Origin: Eledone cirrhosa
Lineage: Eukaryota
Assembly (NCBI GenBank): GCA_964016885.1
Contig: OZ024749.1
Coordinates: 9,424,001 to 9,488,000, forward strand
Length of the DNA stretch: 64,000 bases
Direction of reading: 5' to 3'
Part shown: piece after piece, positions 25,801 to 39,200 of the stretch
Numbering within the stretch: position 1 is the first letter of the stretch
How the letters are laid out: every line of letters begins with the position of its first letter
Made by a program: the position numbers and the translations under genes
Notes under the pieces: model-generated
Told to the model about the DNA's origin: nothing
What the model saw: only the letters and a program-made list of their open reading frames with translations
The model's database searches: none

Positions 25801-28800
25801 ACCTTCACATCTACTGTGGTTATATTAGTAGGATGTAGTTAAATATTATACCTTCACATCTACTGTGGTTATATTAGTGGGATGTAGTTAAATACTATAC
25901 CTTCACATCTACTGTGGTTATATTAGTAGGAAATAGTTAAATATTATACCATCACATCTACTGTGGTTATATTAGTGGGATGTAGTTAAGTACTATACCT
26001 TCACATCTACTGTGGTTATATTAGTGGGATGTAGTTAAATACTATACCTTCACATCTACTGTGGTTATATTAGTGGGATGTAGTTAAATACTATACTTTC
26101 ACATCTACTGTGGTTATATTAGTGGGATGTAGTTAAATACTATACCTTCACATCTACTGTGGTTATATTAGTAGGATGTAGTTAAATATTATACCTTCAC
26201 ATCTACTGTGGTTATATTAGTAGGAAATAGTTAAATATTATACCTTCACATCTACTGTAGTTATATTAGTAGGAAATAGTTAAATACTATACCTTCACAT
26301 CTACTGTGGTTATATTAGTAGGAAATAGTTAAATATTATACCTTCACATCTACTGTGGTTATATTAGTAGGAAATAGTTAAATATTATACCTTTACATCC
26401 ACTGTGGTTATATTAGTAGGAAATAGTTAAATATTATACTTTCACATCTACTGTGGTTATATTAGTAGGAAATAGTTAAATACTACACCTTCACATCTAC
26501 TGTGGTTATATTAGTAGGAAATAGTTAAATACTACACCTTCACATCTACTGTGGTTATATTAGTAGGATGTAGTTAAATATTATACCTTCACATCTACTG
26601 TGGTTATATTAGTGGGATGTAGTTAAATACTATACCTTCACATCTACTGTGGTTATATTAGTAGGATGTAGTTAATTATTATACCTTCACATCTACTTTA
26701 GTTATATTAGTAAGAAATAGGTAAATATTATACCTTCACATCTACTGTGGTTATATTAGCAGGAAATAGTTAAATATTATACCTTCACATCTACTGTGGT
26801 TATATTAGTGGGATGTAGTTAAATACTATACCTTCACATCTACTGTGGTTATCTTAGTAGGAAATAGTTAAATATTATACCTTCACATCTACTGTGGTTA
26901 TATTAGTAGGAAATAGTTAAATATTATACCTTCACATCCACTGTGGTTATATTAGTAGGAAATAGTTAAATATTATACTTTCACATCTACTGTGGTTACA
27001 TTAGTAGGAAATAGTTAAATACTACACCTTCACATCTACTGTGGTTATATTAGTAGGAAATAGTTAAATACTACACCTTCACATCTACTGTGGTTATATT
27101 AGTGGGATGTAGTTAAATATTATACCTTCACATCTACTGTGGTTATATTAGTGGGATGTAGTTAAATATTATGCCTTCACATCTACTGTGGTTATATTAG
27201 TGGGATGTAGTTAAGTACTATACCTTCACATCTACTGTGGTTATATTAGTAGGAAATAGTTAAATATTATACCTTCACATCTACTGTGGTTATATTAGTG
27301 GGATGTAGTTAAATACTATACCTTCACATCTACTGTGGTTATATTATTAGGATGTAGTTAAATACTATACCTTCAGATCTACTGTGGTTATATTAGTGGG
27401 ATGTAGTTAAATACTATACCTTCACATCTACTGTGGTTATATTAGTGGGATGTAGTTAAATACTATACCTTCACATCTACTGTGGTTATATTAGTAGGAA
27501 ATAGTTAAATATAATACCATCACATCTACTGTGGTTATATTAGTGGGATGTAGTTAAGTACTATACCTTCACATCTACTGTGGTTATATTAGTGGGATGT
27601 AGTTAAATACTATACCTTCACATCTACTGTGGTTATATTAGTGGGATGTAGTTAAATACTATACCTTCACATCTACTGTGGTTATATTAGTAGCATGTAG
27701 TTAAATATTATACCTTCACATCTACTGTGGTTATATTAGTAGGAAATAGTTAAATATTATACCTTCACATCTACTGTAGTTATATTAGTAGGAAATAGTT
27801 AAATACTATACCTTCACATCTACTGTGGTTATATTAGTAGGAAATAGTTAAATATTATACCTTCACATCTACTGTGGTTATATTAGTAGGAAATAGTTAA
27901 ATATTATACCTTCACATCCACTGTGGTTATATTAGTAGGAAATAGTTAAATATTATACTTTCACATCTACTGTGGTTATATTAGTAGGAAATAGTTAAAT
28001 ACTACACCTTCACATCTACTGTGGTCATATTAGTAGGAAATAGTTAAATACTACACCTTCACATCTACTGTGGTTATATTAGTAGGATGTAGTTAAATAT
28101 TATACCTTCACATCTACTGTGGTTATATTAGTGGGATGTAGTTAAATACTATACCTTCACATCTACTGTGGTTATATTAGTAGGATGTAGTTAATTATTA
28201 TACCTTCACATCTACTTTAGTTATATTAGTAGGAAATAGGTAAATATTATACCTTCACATCTACTGTGGTTATATTAGCAGGAAATAGTTAAATATTATA
28301 CCTTCACATCTACTGTGGTTATATTAGTGGGATGTAGTTAAATACTATACCTTCACATCTACTGTGGTTATATTAGTAGGATGTAGTTAAATACTATACC
28401 TTCACATCTACTGTGGTTATATTAGTGGGATGTAGTTAAATACTATACCTTCACATCTACTGTGGTTATATTAGTGGGATGTAGTTAAATACTATACCTT
28501 CACATCTACTGTGGTTATATTAGTAGGAAATAGTTAAATATTATACCTTCACATCTACTGTGGTTATATTAGTAGGATGTAGTTAAATAATATACCTTCA
28601 CATCTACTGTGGTTATATTAGTAGGAAATAGTTAAATATTATACCTTCACATCTACTGTAGTTATATTAGTAAGAAATAGTTAAATACTATACCTTCACA
28701 TCTACTGTGGTTATATTAGTAGGAAATAGTTAAATATTATACCTTCACATCTACTGTGGTTATATTAGTAGGAAATAGTTAAATATTATACCTTCACATC

Positions 28801-31800
28801 TACTGTGGTTATATTAGTAGGAAATAGTTAAATACTATACCTTCACATCTACTGTGGTTATATTAGTGGGATGTAGTTAAATACTACACCTTCACATCTA
28901 CTGTGGTTATATTAGTAGGAAATAGTTAAATATTATACTTTCACATCTACTGTGGTTATATTAGTAGGAAATAGTTAAATACTACACCTTCACATCTACT
29001 GTGGTTATATTAGTGGGATGTAGTTCAATATTATACCTTCACATCTACTGTGGTTATATTAGTGGGATGTAGTTAAATATTATACCTTCGCATCTACTGT
29101 GGTTATATTAGTAGGATGTAGTTAATTATTATACCTTCACATCTACTGTAGTTTTATTAGTAGGATATAGGTAAATATTATACCTTCACATCTACTGTGG
29201 TTATATTAGTAGGATGTAGTTAAATATTATACCTTCACATCTACTGTGGTTATATTAGTAGGAAATAGTTAAATAATATACCTTCACATCTACTGTGGTT
29301 ATATTAGTAGGAAATAGTTAAATACTACACCTTCACATCTACTGTGGTTATATTAGTGGGATGTAGTTAAATATTATGCCTTCACATCTACTGTGGTTAT
29401 ATTAGTGGGATGTAGTTAAGTACTATACCTTCACATCTACTGTGGTTATATTAGTAGGAAATAGTTAAATATTATACCTTCACATCTACTGTGGTTATAT
29501 TAGTGGGATATAGTTAAATACTATACCTTCACATCTACTGTGGTTATATTAGTAGGATGTAGTTAAATACTATACCTTCAGATCTACTGTGGTTATATTA
29601 GTGGGATGTAGTTAAATACTATACCTTCACATCTACTGTGGTTATATTAGTGGGATGTAGTTAAATACTATACCTTCACATCTACTGTGGTTATATTAGT
29701 AGGAAATAGTTAAATATTATACCATCACATCTACTGTGGTTATATTAGTGGGATGTAGTTAAGTACTATACCTTCACATCTACTGTGGTTATATTAGTGG
29801 GATGTAGTTAAATACTATACCTTCACATCTACTGTGGTTATATTAGTGGGATGTAGTTAAATACTATACTTTCACATCTACTGTGGTTATATTAGTGGGA
29901 TGTAGTTAAATACTATACCTTCACATCTACTGTGGTTATATTAGTAGGATGTAGTTAAATATTATACCTTCACATCTACTGTGGTTATATTAGTAGGAAA
30001 TAGTTAAATATTATACCTTCACATCTACTGTAGTTATATTAGTAGGAAATAGTTAAATACTATACCTTCACATCTACTGTGGTTATATTAGTAGGAAATA
30101 GTTAAATATTATACCTTCACATCTACTGTGGTTATATTAGTAGGAAATAGTTAAATATTATACCTTCACATCCACTGTGGTTATATTAGTAGGAAATAGT
30201 TAAATATTATACTTTCACATCTACTGTGGTTATATTAGTAGGAAATAGTTAAATACTACACCTTCACATCTACTGTGGTTATATTAGTAGGATGTAGTTA
30301 AATATTATACCTTCACATCTACTGTGGTTATATTAGTGGGATGTAGTTAAATACTATACCTTCACATCTACTGTGGTTATATTAGTAGGAAATAGTTAAA
30401 TATTATACCATCACATCTACTGTGGTTATATTAGTGGGATGTAGTTAAGTACTATACCTTCACATCTACTGTGGTTATATTAGTGGGATGTAGTTAAATA
30501 CTATACCTTCACATCTACTGTGGTTATATTAGTGGGATGTAGTTAAATACTATACTTTCACATCTACTGTGGTTATATTAGTGGGATGTAGTTAAATACT
30601 ATACCTTCACATCTACTGTGGTTATATTAGTAGGATGTAGTTAAATATTATACCTTCACATCTACTGTGGTTATATTAGTAGGAAATAGTTAAATATTAT
30701 ACCTTCACATCTACTGTAGTTATATTAGTAGGAAATAGTTAAATACTATACCTTCACATCTACTGTGGTTATATTAGTAGGAAATAGTTAAATATTATAC
30801 CTTCACATCTACTGTGGTTATATTAGTAGGAAATAGTTAAATATTATACCTTTACATCCACTGTGGTTATATTAGTAGGAAATAGTTAAATATTATACTT
30901 TCACATCTACTGTGGTTATATTAGTAGGAAATAGTTAAATACTACACCTTCACATCTACTGTGGTTATATTAGTAGGAAATAGTTAAATACTACACCTTC
31001 ACATCTACTGTGGTTATATTAGTAGGATGTAGTTAAATATTATACCTTCACATCTACTGTGGTTATATTAGTGGGATGTAGTTAAATACTATACCTTCAC
31101 ATCTACTGTGGTTATATTAGTAGGATGTAGTTAATTATTATACCTTCACATCTACTTTAGTTATATTAGTAAGAAATAGGTAAATATTATACCTTCACAT
31201 CTACTGTGGTTATATTAGCAGGAAATAGTTAAATATTATACCTTCACATCTACTGTGGTTATATTAGTGGGATGTAGTTAAATACTATACCTTCACATCT
31301 ACTGTGGTTATCTTAGTAGGAAATAGTTAAATATTATACCTTCACATCTACTGTGGTTATATTAGTAGGAAATAGTTAAATATTATACCTTCACATCCAC
31401 TGTGGTTATATTAGTAGGAAATAGTTAAATATTATACTTTCACATCTACTGTGGTTACATTAGTAGGAAATAGTTAAATACTACACCTTCACATCTACTG
31501 TGGTTATATTAGTAGGAAATAGTTAAATACTACACCTTCACATCTACTGTGGTTATATTAGTGGGATGTAGTTAAATACTATACCTTCACATCTACTGTG
31601 GTTATATTAGTAGGATGTAGTTAATTATTATACCTTCACATCTACTTTAGTTATATTAGTAGGAAATAGGTAAATATTATACCTTCACATCTACTGTGGT
31701 TATATTAGCAGGAAATAGTTAAATATTATACCTTCACATCTACTGTGGTTATATTAGTGGGATGTAGTTAAATACTATACCTTCACATCTACTGTGGTTA

Positions 31801-34692
31801 TATTAGTAGGATGTAGTTAAATACTATACCTTCACATCTACTGTGGTTATATTAGTGGGATGTAGTTAAATACTATACCTTCACATCTACTGTGGTTATA
31901 TTAGTGGGATGTAGTTAAATACTATACCTTCACATCTACTGTGGTTATATTAGTAGGAAATAGTTAAATATTATACCTTCACATCTACTGTGGTTATATT
32001 AGTAGGATGTAGTTAAATAATATACCTTCACATCTACTGTGGTTATATTAGTAGGAAATAGTTAAATATTATACCTTCACATCTACTGTAGTTATATTAG
32101 TAAGAAATAGTTAAATACTATACCTTCACATCTACTGTGGTTATATTAGTAGGAAATAGTTAAATATTATACCTTCACATCTACTGTGGTTATATTAGTA
32201 GGAAATAGTTAAATATTATACCTTCACATCTACTGTGGTTATATTAGTAGGAAATAGTTAAATACTATACCTTCACATCTACTGTGGTTATATTAGTGGG
32301 ATGTAGTTAAATACTACACCTTCACATCTACTGTGGTTATATTAGTAGGAAATAGTTAAATATTATACTTTCACATCTACTGTGGTTATATTAGTAGGAA
32401 ATAGTTAAATACTACACCTTCACATCTACTGTGGTTATATTAGTGGGATGTAGTTCAATATTATACCTTCACATCTACTGTGGTTATATTAGTGGGATGT
32501 AGTTAAATATTATACCTTCGCATCTACTGTGGTTATATTAGTAGGATGTAGTTAATTATTATACCTTCACATCTACTGTAGTTTTATTAGTAGGATATAG
32601 GTAAATATTATACCTTCACATCTACTGTGGTTATATTAGTAGGATGTAGTTAAATATTATACCTTCACATCTACTGTGGTTATATTAGTAGGAAATAGTT
32701 AAATAATATACCTTCACATCTACTGTGGTTATATTAGTAGGAAATAGTTAAATACTACACCTTCACATCTACTGTGGTTATATTAGTGGGATGTAGTTAA
32801 ATATTATACCTTCACATCTACTGTGGTTATATTAGTGGGATGTAGTTAAATATTATGCCTTCACATCTACTGTGGTTATATTAGTGGGATGTAGTTAAGT
32901 ACTATACCTTCACATCTACTGTGGTTATATTAGTAGGAAATAGTTAAATATTATACCTTCACATCTACTGTGGTTATATTAGTGGGATGTAGTTAAATAC
33001 TATACCTTCACATCTACTGTGGTTATATTAGTAGGATGTAGTTAAATACTATACCTTCAGATCTACTGTGGTTATATTAGTGGGATGTAGTTAAATACTA
33101 TACCTTCACATCTACTGTGGTTATATTAGTGGGATGTAGTTAAATACTATACCTTCACATCTACTGTGGTTATATTAGTAGGAAATAGTTAAATATTATA
33201 CCATCACATCTACTGTGGTTATATTAGTGGGATGTAGTTAAGTACTATACCTTCACATCTACTGTGGTTATATTAGTGGGATGTAGTTAAATACTATACC
33301 TTCACATCTACTGTGGATATATCAGTGGGATGTAGTTAAATACTATACTTTCACATCTACTGTGGTTATATTAGTGGGATGTAGTTAAATACTATACCTT
33401 CACATCTACTGTCGTTATATTAGTAGGATGTAGTTAAATATTATACCTTCACATCTACTGTGGTTATATTAGTAGGAAATAGTTAAATATTATACCTTCA
33501 CATCTACTGTAGTTATATTAGTAGGAAATAGTTAAATACTATACCTTCACATCTACTGTGGTTATATTAGTAGGAAATAGTTAAATATTATACCTTCACA
33601 TCTACTGTGGTTATATTAGTAGGAAATAGTTAAATATTATACCTTCACATCCACTGTGGTTATATTAGTAGGAAATAGTTAAATATTATACTTTCACATC
33701 TACTGTGGTTATATTAGTAGGAAATAGTTAAATACTACACCTTCACATCTACTGTGGTTATATTAGTAGGAAATAGTTAAATACTACACCTTCACATCTA
33801 CTGTGGTTATATTAGTAGGATGTAGTTAAATATTATACCTTCACATCTACTGTGGTTATATTAGTGGGATGTAGTTAAATACTATACCTTCACATCTACT
33901 GTGGTTATATTAGTAGGATGTAGTTAATTATTATACCTTCACATCTACTTTAGTTATATTAGTAGGAAATAGGTAAATATTATACCTTCACATCTACTGT
34001 GGTTATATTAGCAGGAAATAGTTAAATATTATACCTTCACATCTACTGTGGTTATATTAGTGGGATGTAGTTAAATACTATACCTTCACATCTACTGTGG
34101 TTATCTTAGTAGGAAATAGTTAAATATTATACCTTCACATCTACTGTGGTTATATTAGTAGGAAATAGTTAAATATTATACCTTCACATCCACTGTGGTT
34201 ATATTAGTAGGAAATAGTTAAATATTATACTTTCACATCTACTGTGGTTACATTAGTAAGAAATAGTTAAATACTACACCTTCACATCTACTGTGGTTAT
34301 ATTAGTAGGAAATAGTTAAATACTACACCTTCACATCTACTGTGGTTATATTAGTGGGATGTAGTTAAATATTATACCTTCACATCTACTGTGGTTATAT
34401 TAGTAGGATGTAGTTAATTATTATACCTTCACATCTACTTTAGTTATATTAGTAGGAAATAGGTAAATATTATACCTTCACATCTACTGTGGTTATATTA
34501 GTAGAAAATAGTTAAATATTATACCTTCACATCTACTGTGGTTATATAAGTGGGATGTAGTTAAATACTATACCTTCACATCTACTGCGGTTATATTAGT
34601 AGGAAATAGTTAAATACTATACCTTCACGTCTACTGTGGTTATATTAGTAGGATGTAGTTAAATATTATACCTTCGCATCTACTGTGGTTAT
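16887..34692. repeat. 49-bp satellite array, left arm (~363 units)
   Basis: Unit ACATCTACTGTGGTTATATTAGT(A/G)GGA(TG/AA)TAGTTAAATA(C/T)TATACCTTC. ATCTACTG at 16891 and at 34678 are exactly 363x49 apart. Confidence 0.99.
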
Positions 34693-36253
34693 CATCATCA
34701 TCATCATCATCATCAACGTTTAACGTCCGTGTTCCACGCTTGCATGGGTTTGGACGGGGGTAGTCCCACTTGAGGCAAGAGTGATTGTCTTGCTCGCATC
34801 GGACTGTCTGGCAGGTTTTCTACAGTTGGATGCCCTTCCTAACACCAACCACATTTACAGTGTGGGTCTGGGAGGTTTTTACCGTGTTGCCTACACGGCC
34901 ACATTACAGCGTGGACTGTGTGTTTTTTTGTCGTGACACCTACACGATCTCATTTGTTTCGGCCTCGAAGGCGCGGCACCAACATAACTTTACATAGAAC
35001 GGGGTGGTGTGGATCGGGTGGGGGTGGGGGTGGTGGGACGGGGTGTATTTTGTTAGAGATGCCTACTGGCTGGAGTAGGTTTTACTATATATTTAGGTAA
35101 GGCGGGTCTTCTCTGTTACTGAGTACCGCCAAAGGTCTCGGTCCAGTGACATTGTCTTGGAGAGGTGTAAGTGTGTGATGTCGGAGTTTATCAGCTCGTC
35201 CCAGGTTTTTCTAGGTCTGCCTATTCCGTGACTACCGTCTATCTTTATTGCCCTGCACTTTGTTATACAGCTATCGACTTTCATGCGCATCACGTGTCCA
35301 TACCAACGTAGCCTTCTCTCGAGTAAACAACATCTGATCCCTCTTATCTCTAATTTTTTCCTTAGTTCGTTTATGCTTTGCCGTTCACGTATATTACTGT
35401 TACACATCCAGCGGAGCATGCAAGCTTCGTTCCTCTCTAGTCTGCGTATATCCTCTGCACACAATGCCCAGGTCTCACTGCCATGCAGCATTGCTGTTCG
35501 TATGCAGGCATCGTACAACCTGCCTTTCATTTTTAGTGAGAACCCTTTAGCAGCTAATAGTGGTATAAGCTCTCTGAACTTTTTCCAACCAGTTCTGACT
35601 CTAGCTACAGTACTTTCAGAGCACCCTCCCCCACTGCTGATTTTATCGCCCAGGTAACGGAAGCTGTCCACTATTTCTATAGAACCCTCTGCGCAATTGA
35701 AAGAGCTAGTAGTTTGTGGGCACTTGCTGCTACTTATTGCACCAGAGCACCGGCCACATGTAAAATCTATGTTCTTAGTTAGCTTACCTGTGATCCCACT
35801 ACATCTTTTATGCACCCATACTTTGCATTTAGGACATAAAATGGAGTTTCTACCTACGCCTTTCCTACACACCGAGCACGACCATTTCCCAGAAGGGACC
35901 GCCGCCTTGTTTTCTTTCCTACAAACTAGTACTTTGGTCTTAGCCAGGTTAATTTTAAGTCCTTTTGACTCTAGGCCGTGCTTCCATGTTTGGAATTTCT
36001 TCTCTAGCTCGGCCATTGATTCCGCTATGAGTGTCAGGTCGTCTGCGTATAGGAGTTCCCATGGGCAGCCTGTCTTGAACTCCTCTGTTATAGCCTGAAG
36101 GGCAATAATAAATAGTAGTGGACTGAGAACAGAGCCCTGATGGACGCCAACTTTTACGCTAAACTCTTCACTATATTCGTTGTTAATTCTAACCTTGCTG
36201 ACTGTTTCTTTATACATGGCTTGTATAGCCCTCACAAGCCATTCGTCAACGCC
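34693..36253 (-). mobile_element. Young 5'-truncated RTE-clade LINE inserted in the satellite
   Basis: (GAT)n tail at 34691-34714, a ~380-bp 3' UTR and an uninterrupted ORF with RT motifs. The satellite resumes within the same unit on the other side. Confidence 0.96.
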
Positions 36254-36256
36254 TAG
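35093..36256 (-). CDS. RTE reverse transcriptase ORF, 5'-truncated (no true start), with an internal PHD-like finger
   Basis: Motifs GVHQGSVLSPLLF, YADD (36038-36049), GLKINLAKTK, FRYLG, LHGSETW, RRLRWYGHVMR and GRPRKTW. No stops over ~387 codons. The endonuclease and N-terminal RT are absent. Confidence 0.92.
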   Translation of the reverse strand, partial: LGVDEWLVRAIQAMYKETVSKVRINNEYSEEFSVKVGVHQGSVLSPLLFIIALQAITEEFKTGCPWELLYADDLTLIAESMAELEKKFQTWKHGLESKGLKINLAKTKVLVCRKENKAAVPSGKWSCSVCRKGVGRNSILCPKCKVWVHKRCSGITGKLTKNIDFTCGRCSGAISSSKCPQTTSSFNCAEGSIEIVDSFRYLGDKISSGGGCSESTVARVRTGWKKFRELIPLLAAKGFSLKMKGRLYDACIRTAMLHGSETWALCAEDIRRLERNEACMLRWMCNSNIRERQSINELRKKLEIRGIRCCLLERRLRWYGHVMRMKVDSCITKCRAIKIDGSHGIGRPRKTWDELINSDITHLHLSKTMSLDRDLWRYSVTEKTRLT

Positions 36257-39200
36257 GAAATAGTTAAATACTATACCTTCACATCTACTGTGGTTATATT
36301 AGTAGGAAATAGTTAAATACTGCACCTTCACATCTACTGTGGTTTTATTAATAGGAAATAGTTAAATATTATACCTTCATATCTACTGTAGTTATATTAG
36401 TAGGAAATAGTTAAATACTATACCTTCACATCTACTGTGGTTATATTAGTAGGAAATAGTGAAATATTATACCTTCACATCTACTGTGGTTATATTAGTG
36501 GGATGTAGTTAAATACTATACCTTCACATCTACTGTGGTTATATTAGTAGGATGTAGTTAAATACTATACCTTCACATTCTGTAGTTATATTAGTAGGAT
36601 GTAATTAAATACTATACCTTCACATCTACTGTGGTTATATTAGTGGGATGTAGTTAAATACTATACCTTCACATCTACTGTGGTTATATTAGTAGGATGT
36701 AGTTAAATACTATACCTTCACATCTACTGTGGTTATATTAGTGGGATGTAGTTAAATACTATACCTTCACATCTACTGTGGTTATATTAGTGGGATGTAG
36801 TTAAATACTATACCTTCACATCTACTGTGGTTATATTAGTAGGAAATAGTTAAATATTATACCTTCACATCTACTGTGGTTATATTAGTAGGATGTAGTT
36901 AAATAATATACCTTCACATCTACTGTGGTTATATTAGTAGGAAATAGTTAAATATTATACCTTCACATCTACTGTAGTTATATTAGTAAGAAATAGTTAA
37001 ATACTATACCTTCACATCTACTGTGGTTATATTAGTAGGAAATAGTTAAATATTATACCTTCACATCTACTGTGGTTATATTAGGAAATAGTTAAATATT
37101 ATACCTTCACATCTACTGTGGTTATATTAGTAGGAAATAGTGAAATACTATACCTTCACATCTACTGTGGTTATATTAGTGGGATGTAGTTAAATACTAC
37201 ACCTTCACATCTACTGTGGTTATATTAGTAGGAAATAGTTAAATATTATACTTTCACATCTACTGTGGTTATATTAGTAGGAAATAGTTAAATACTACAC
37301 CTTCACATCTACTGTGGTTATATTAGTGGGATGTAGTTCAATATTATACCTTCACATCTACTGTGGTTATATTAGTGGGATGTAGTTAAATATTATACCT
37401 TCACATCTACTGTGGTTATATTAGTAGGATGTAGTTAATTATTATACCTTCACATCTACTGTAGTTTTATTAGTAGGATATAGGTAAATATTATACCTTC
37501 ACATCTACTGTGGTTATATTAGTAGGATGTAGTTAAATATTATACCTTCACATCTACTGTGGTTATATTAGTAGGAAATAGTTAAATACTATACCTTCAC
37601 ATCTACTGTGGTTATATTAGTAGGAAATAGTTAAATACTACACCTTCACATCTACTGTGGTTATATTAGTGGGATGTAGTTAAATATTATACCTTCACAT
37701 CTACTGTGGTTATATTAGTGGGATGTAGTTAAATATTATGCCTTCACATCTACTGTGGTTATATTAGTGGGATGTAGTTAAGTACTATACCTTCACATCT
37801 ACTGTGGTTATATTAGTAGGAAATAGTTAAATATTATACCTTCACATCTACTGTGGTTATATTAGTGGGATGTAGTTAAATACTATACCTTCACATCTAC
37901 TGTGGTTATATTAGTAGGATGTAGTTAAATACTATACCTTCAGATCTACTGTGGTTATATTAGTGGGATGTAGTTAAATAATATACCTTCACATCTACTG
38001 TGGTTATATTAGTGGGATGTAGTTAAAGACTATACCTTCACATCTACTGTGGTTATATTAGTGGGATGTAGTTAAATACTATACTTTCACATCTACTGTG
38101 GTTATATTAGTGGGATGTAGTTAAATACTATACCTTCACATCTACTGTGGTTATATTAGTAGGATGTAGTTAATTATACCTTCACATCTACTGTGGTTAT
38201 ATTAGTAGGAAATAGTTAAATATTATACCTTCACATCTACTGTAGTTATATTAGTAGGAAATAGTTAAATACTATACCTTCACATCTACTGTGGTTATAT
38301 TAGTAGGAAATAGTTAAATATTATACCTTCACATCTACTGTGGTTATATTAGTAGGAAATAGTTAAATATTATACCTTCACATCCACTGTGGTTATATTA
38401 GTAGGAAATAGTTAAATATTATACTTTCACATCTACTGTGGTTATATTAGTAGGAAATAGTTAAATACTACACCTTCACATCTACTGTGGTTATATTAGT
38501 AGGAAATAGTTAAATACTACACCTTCACATCTACTGTGGTTATATTAGTAGGAAATAGTTAAATACTACACCTTCACATCTACTGTGGTTATATTAGTGG
38601 GATGTAGTTAAATATTATACCTTCACATCTACTGTGGTTATATTAGTAGGATGTAGTTAATTATTATACCTTCACATCTACTTTAGTTATATTAGTAGGA
38701 AATAGGTAAATATTATACCTTCACATCTACTGTGGTTATATTAGTAGGAAATAGTTAAATATTATACCTTCACATCTACTGTGGTTATATAAGTGGGATG
38801 TAGTTAAATACTATACCTTCACATCTACTGTGGTTATATTAGTAGGAAATAGTTAAATACTATACCTTCACGTCTACTGTGGTTATATTAGTAGGATGTA
38901 GTTAAATATTATACCTTCGCATCTACTGTGGTTATATTAGTAGGAAATAGTTAAATACTATACCTTCACATCTACTGTGGTTATATTAGTAGGAAATAGT
39001 TAAATACTACACCTTCACATCTACTGTGGTTTTATTAATAGGAAATAGTTAAATATTATACCTTCATATCTACTGTAGTTATATTAGTAGGAAATAGTTA
39101 AATACTATACCTTCACATCTACTGTGGTTATATTAGTAGGAAATAGTGAAATATTATACCTTCACATCTACTGTGGTTATATTAGTGGGATGTAGTTAAA

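Noticed and set aside
35001-35044. G-run cluster (potential G-quadruplex) in the RTE 3' UTR
   Set aside because: It is G-rich on the antisense strand only, and such tracts are common in LINE UTRs. There is no further evidence of function.
34785-36098. Plus-strand ORFs at 34785, 34918, 35283 and 35697
   Set aside because: They are antisense shadows of the RTE ORF and UTR with no recognisable motifs.
34693-36253. RT plus repeat array as a retron, DGR or telomerase-like system that generates the satellite
   Set aside because: The RT is a 5'-truncated RTE LINE with its own tail and no satellite-like template. It interrupts a monomer whose uninterrupted sister copies exist, so it postdates the array.
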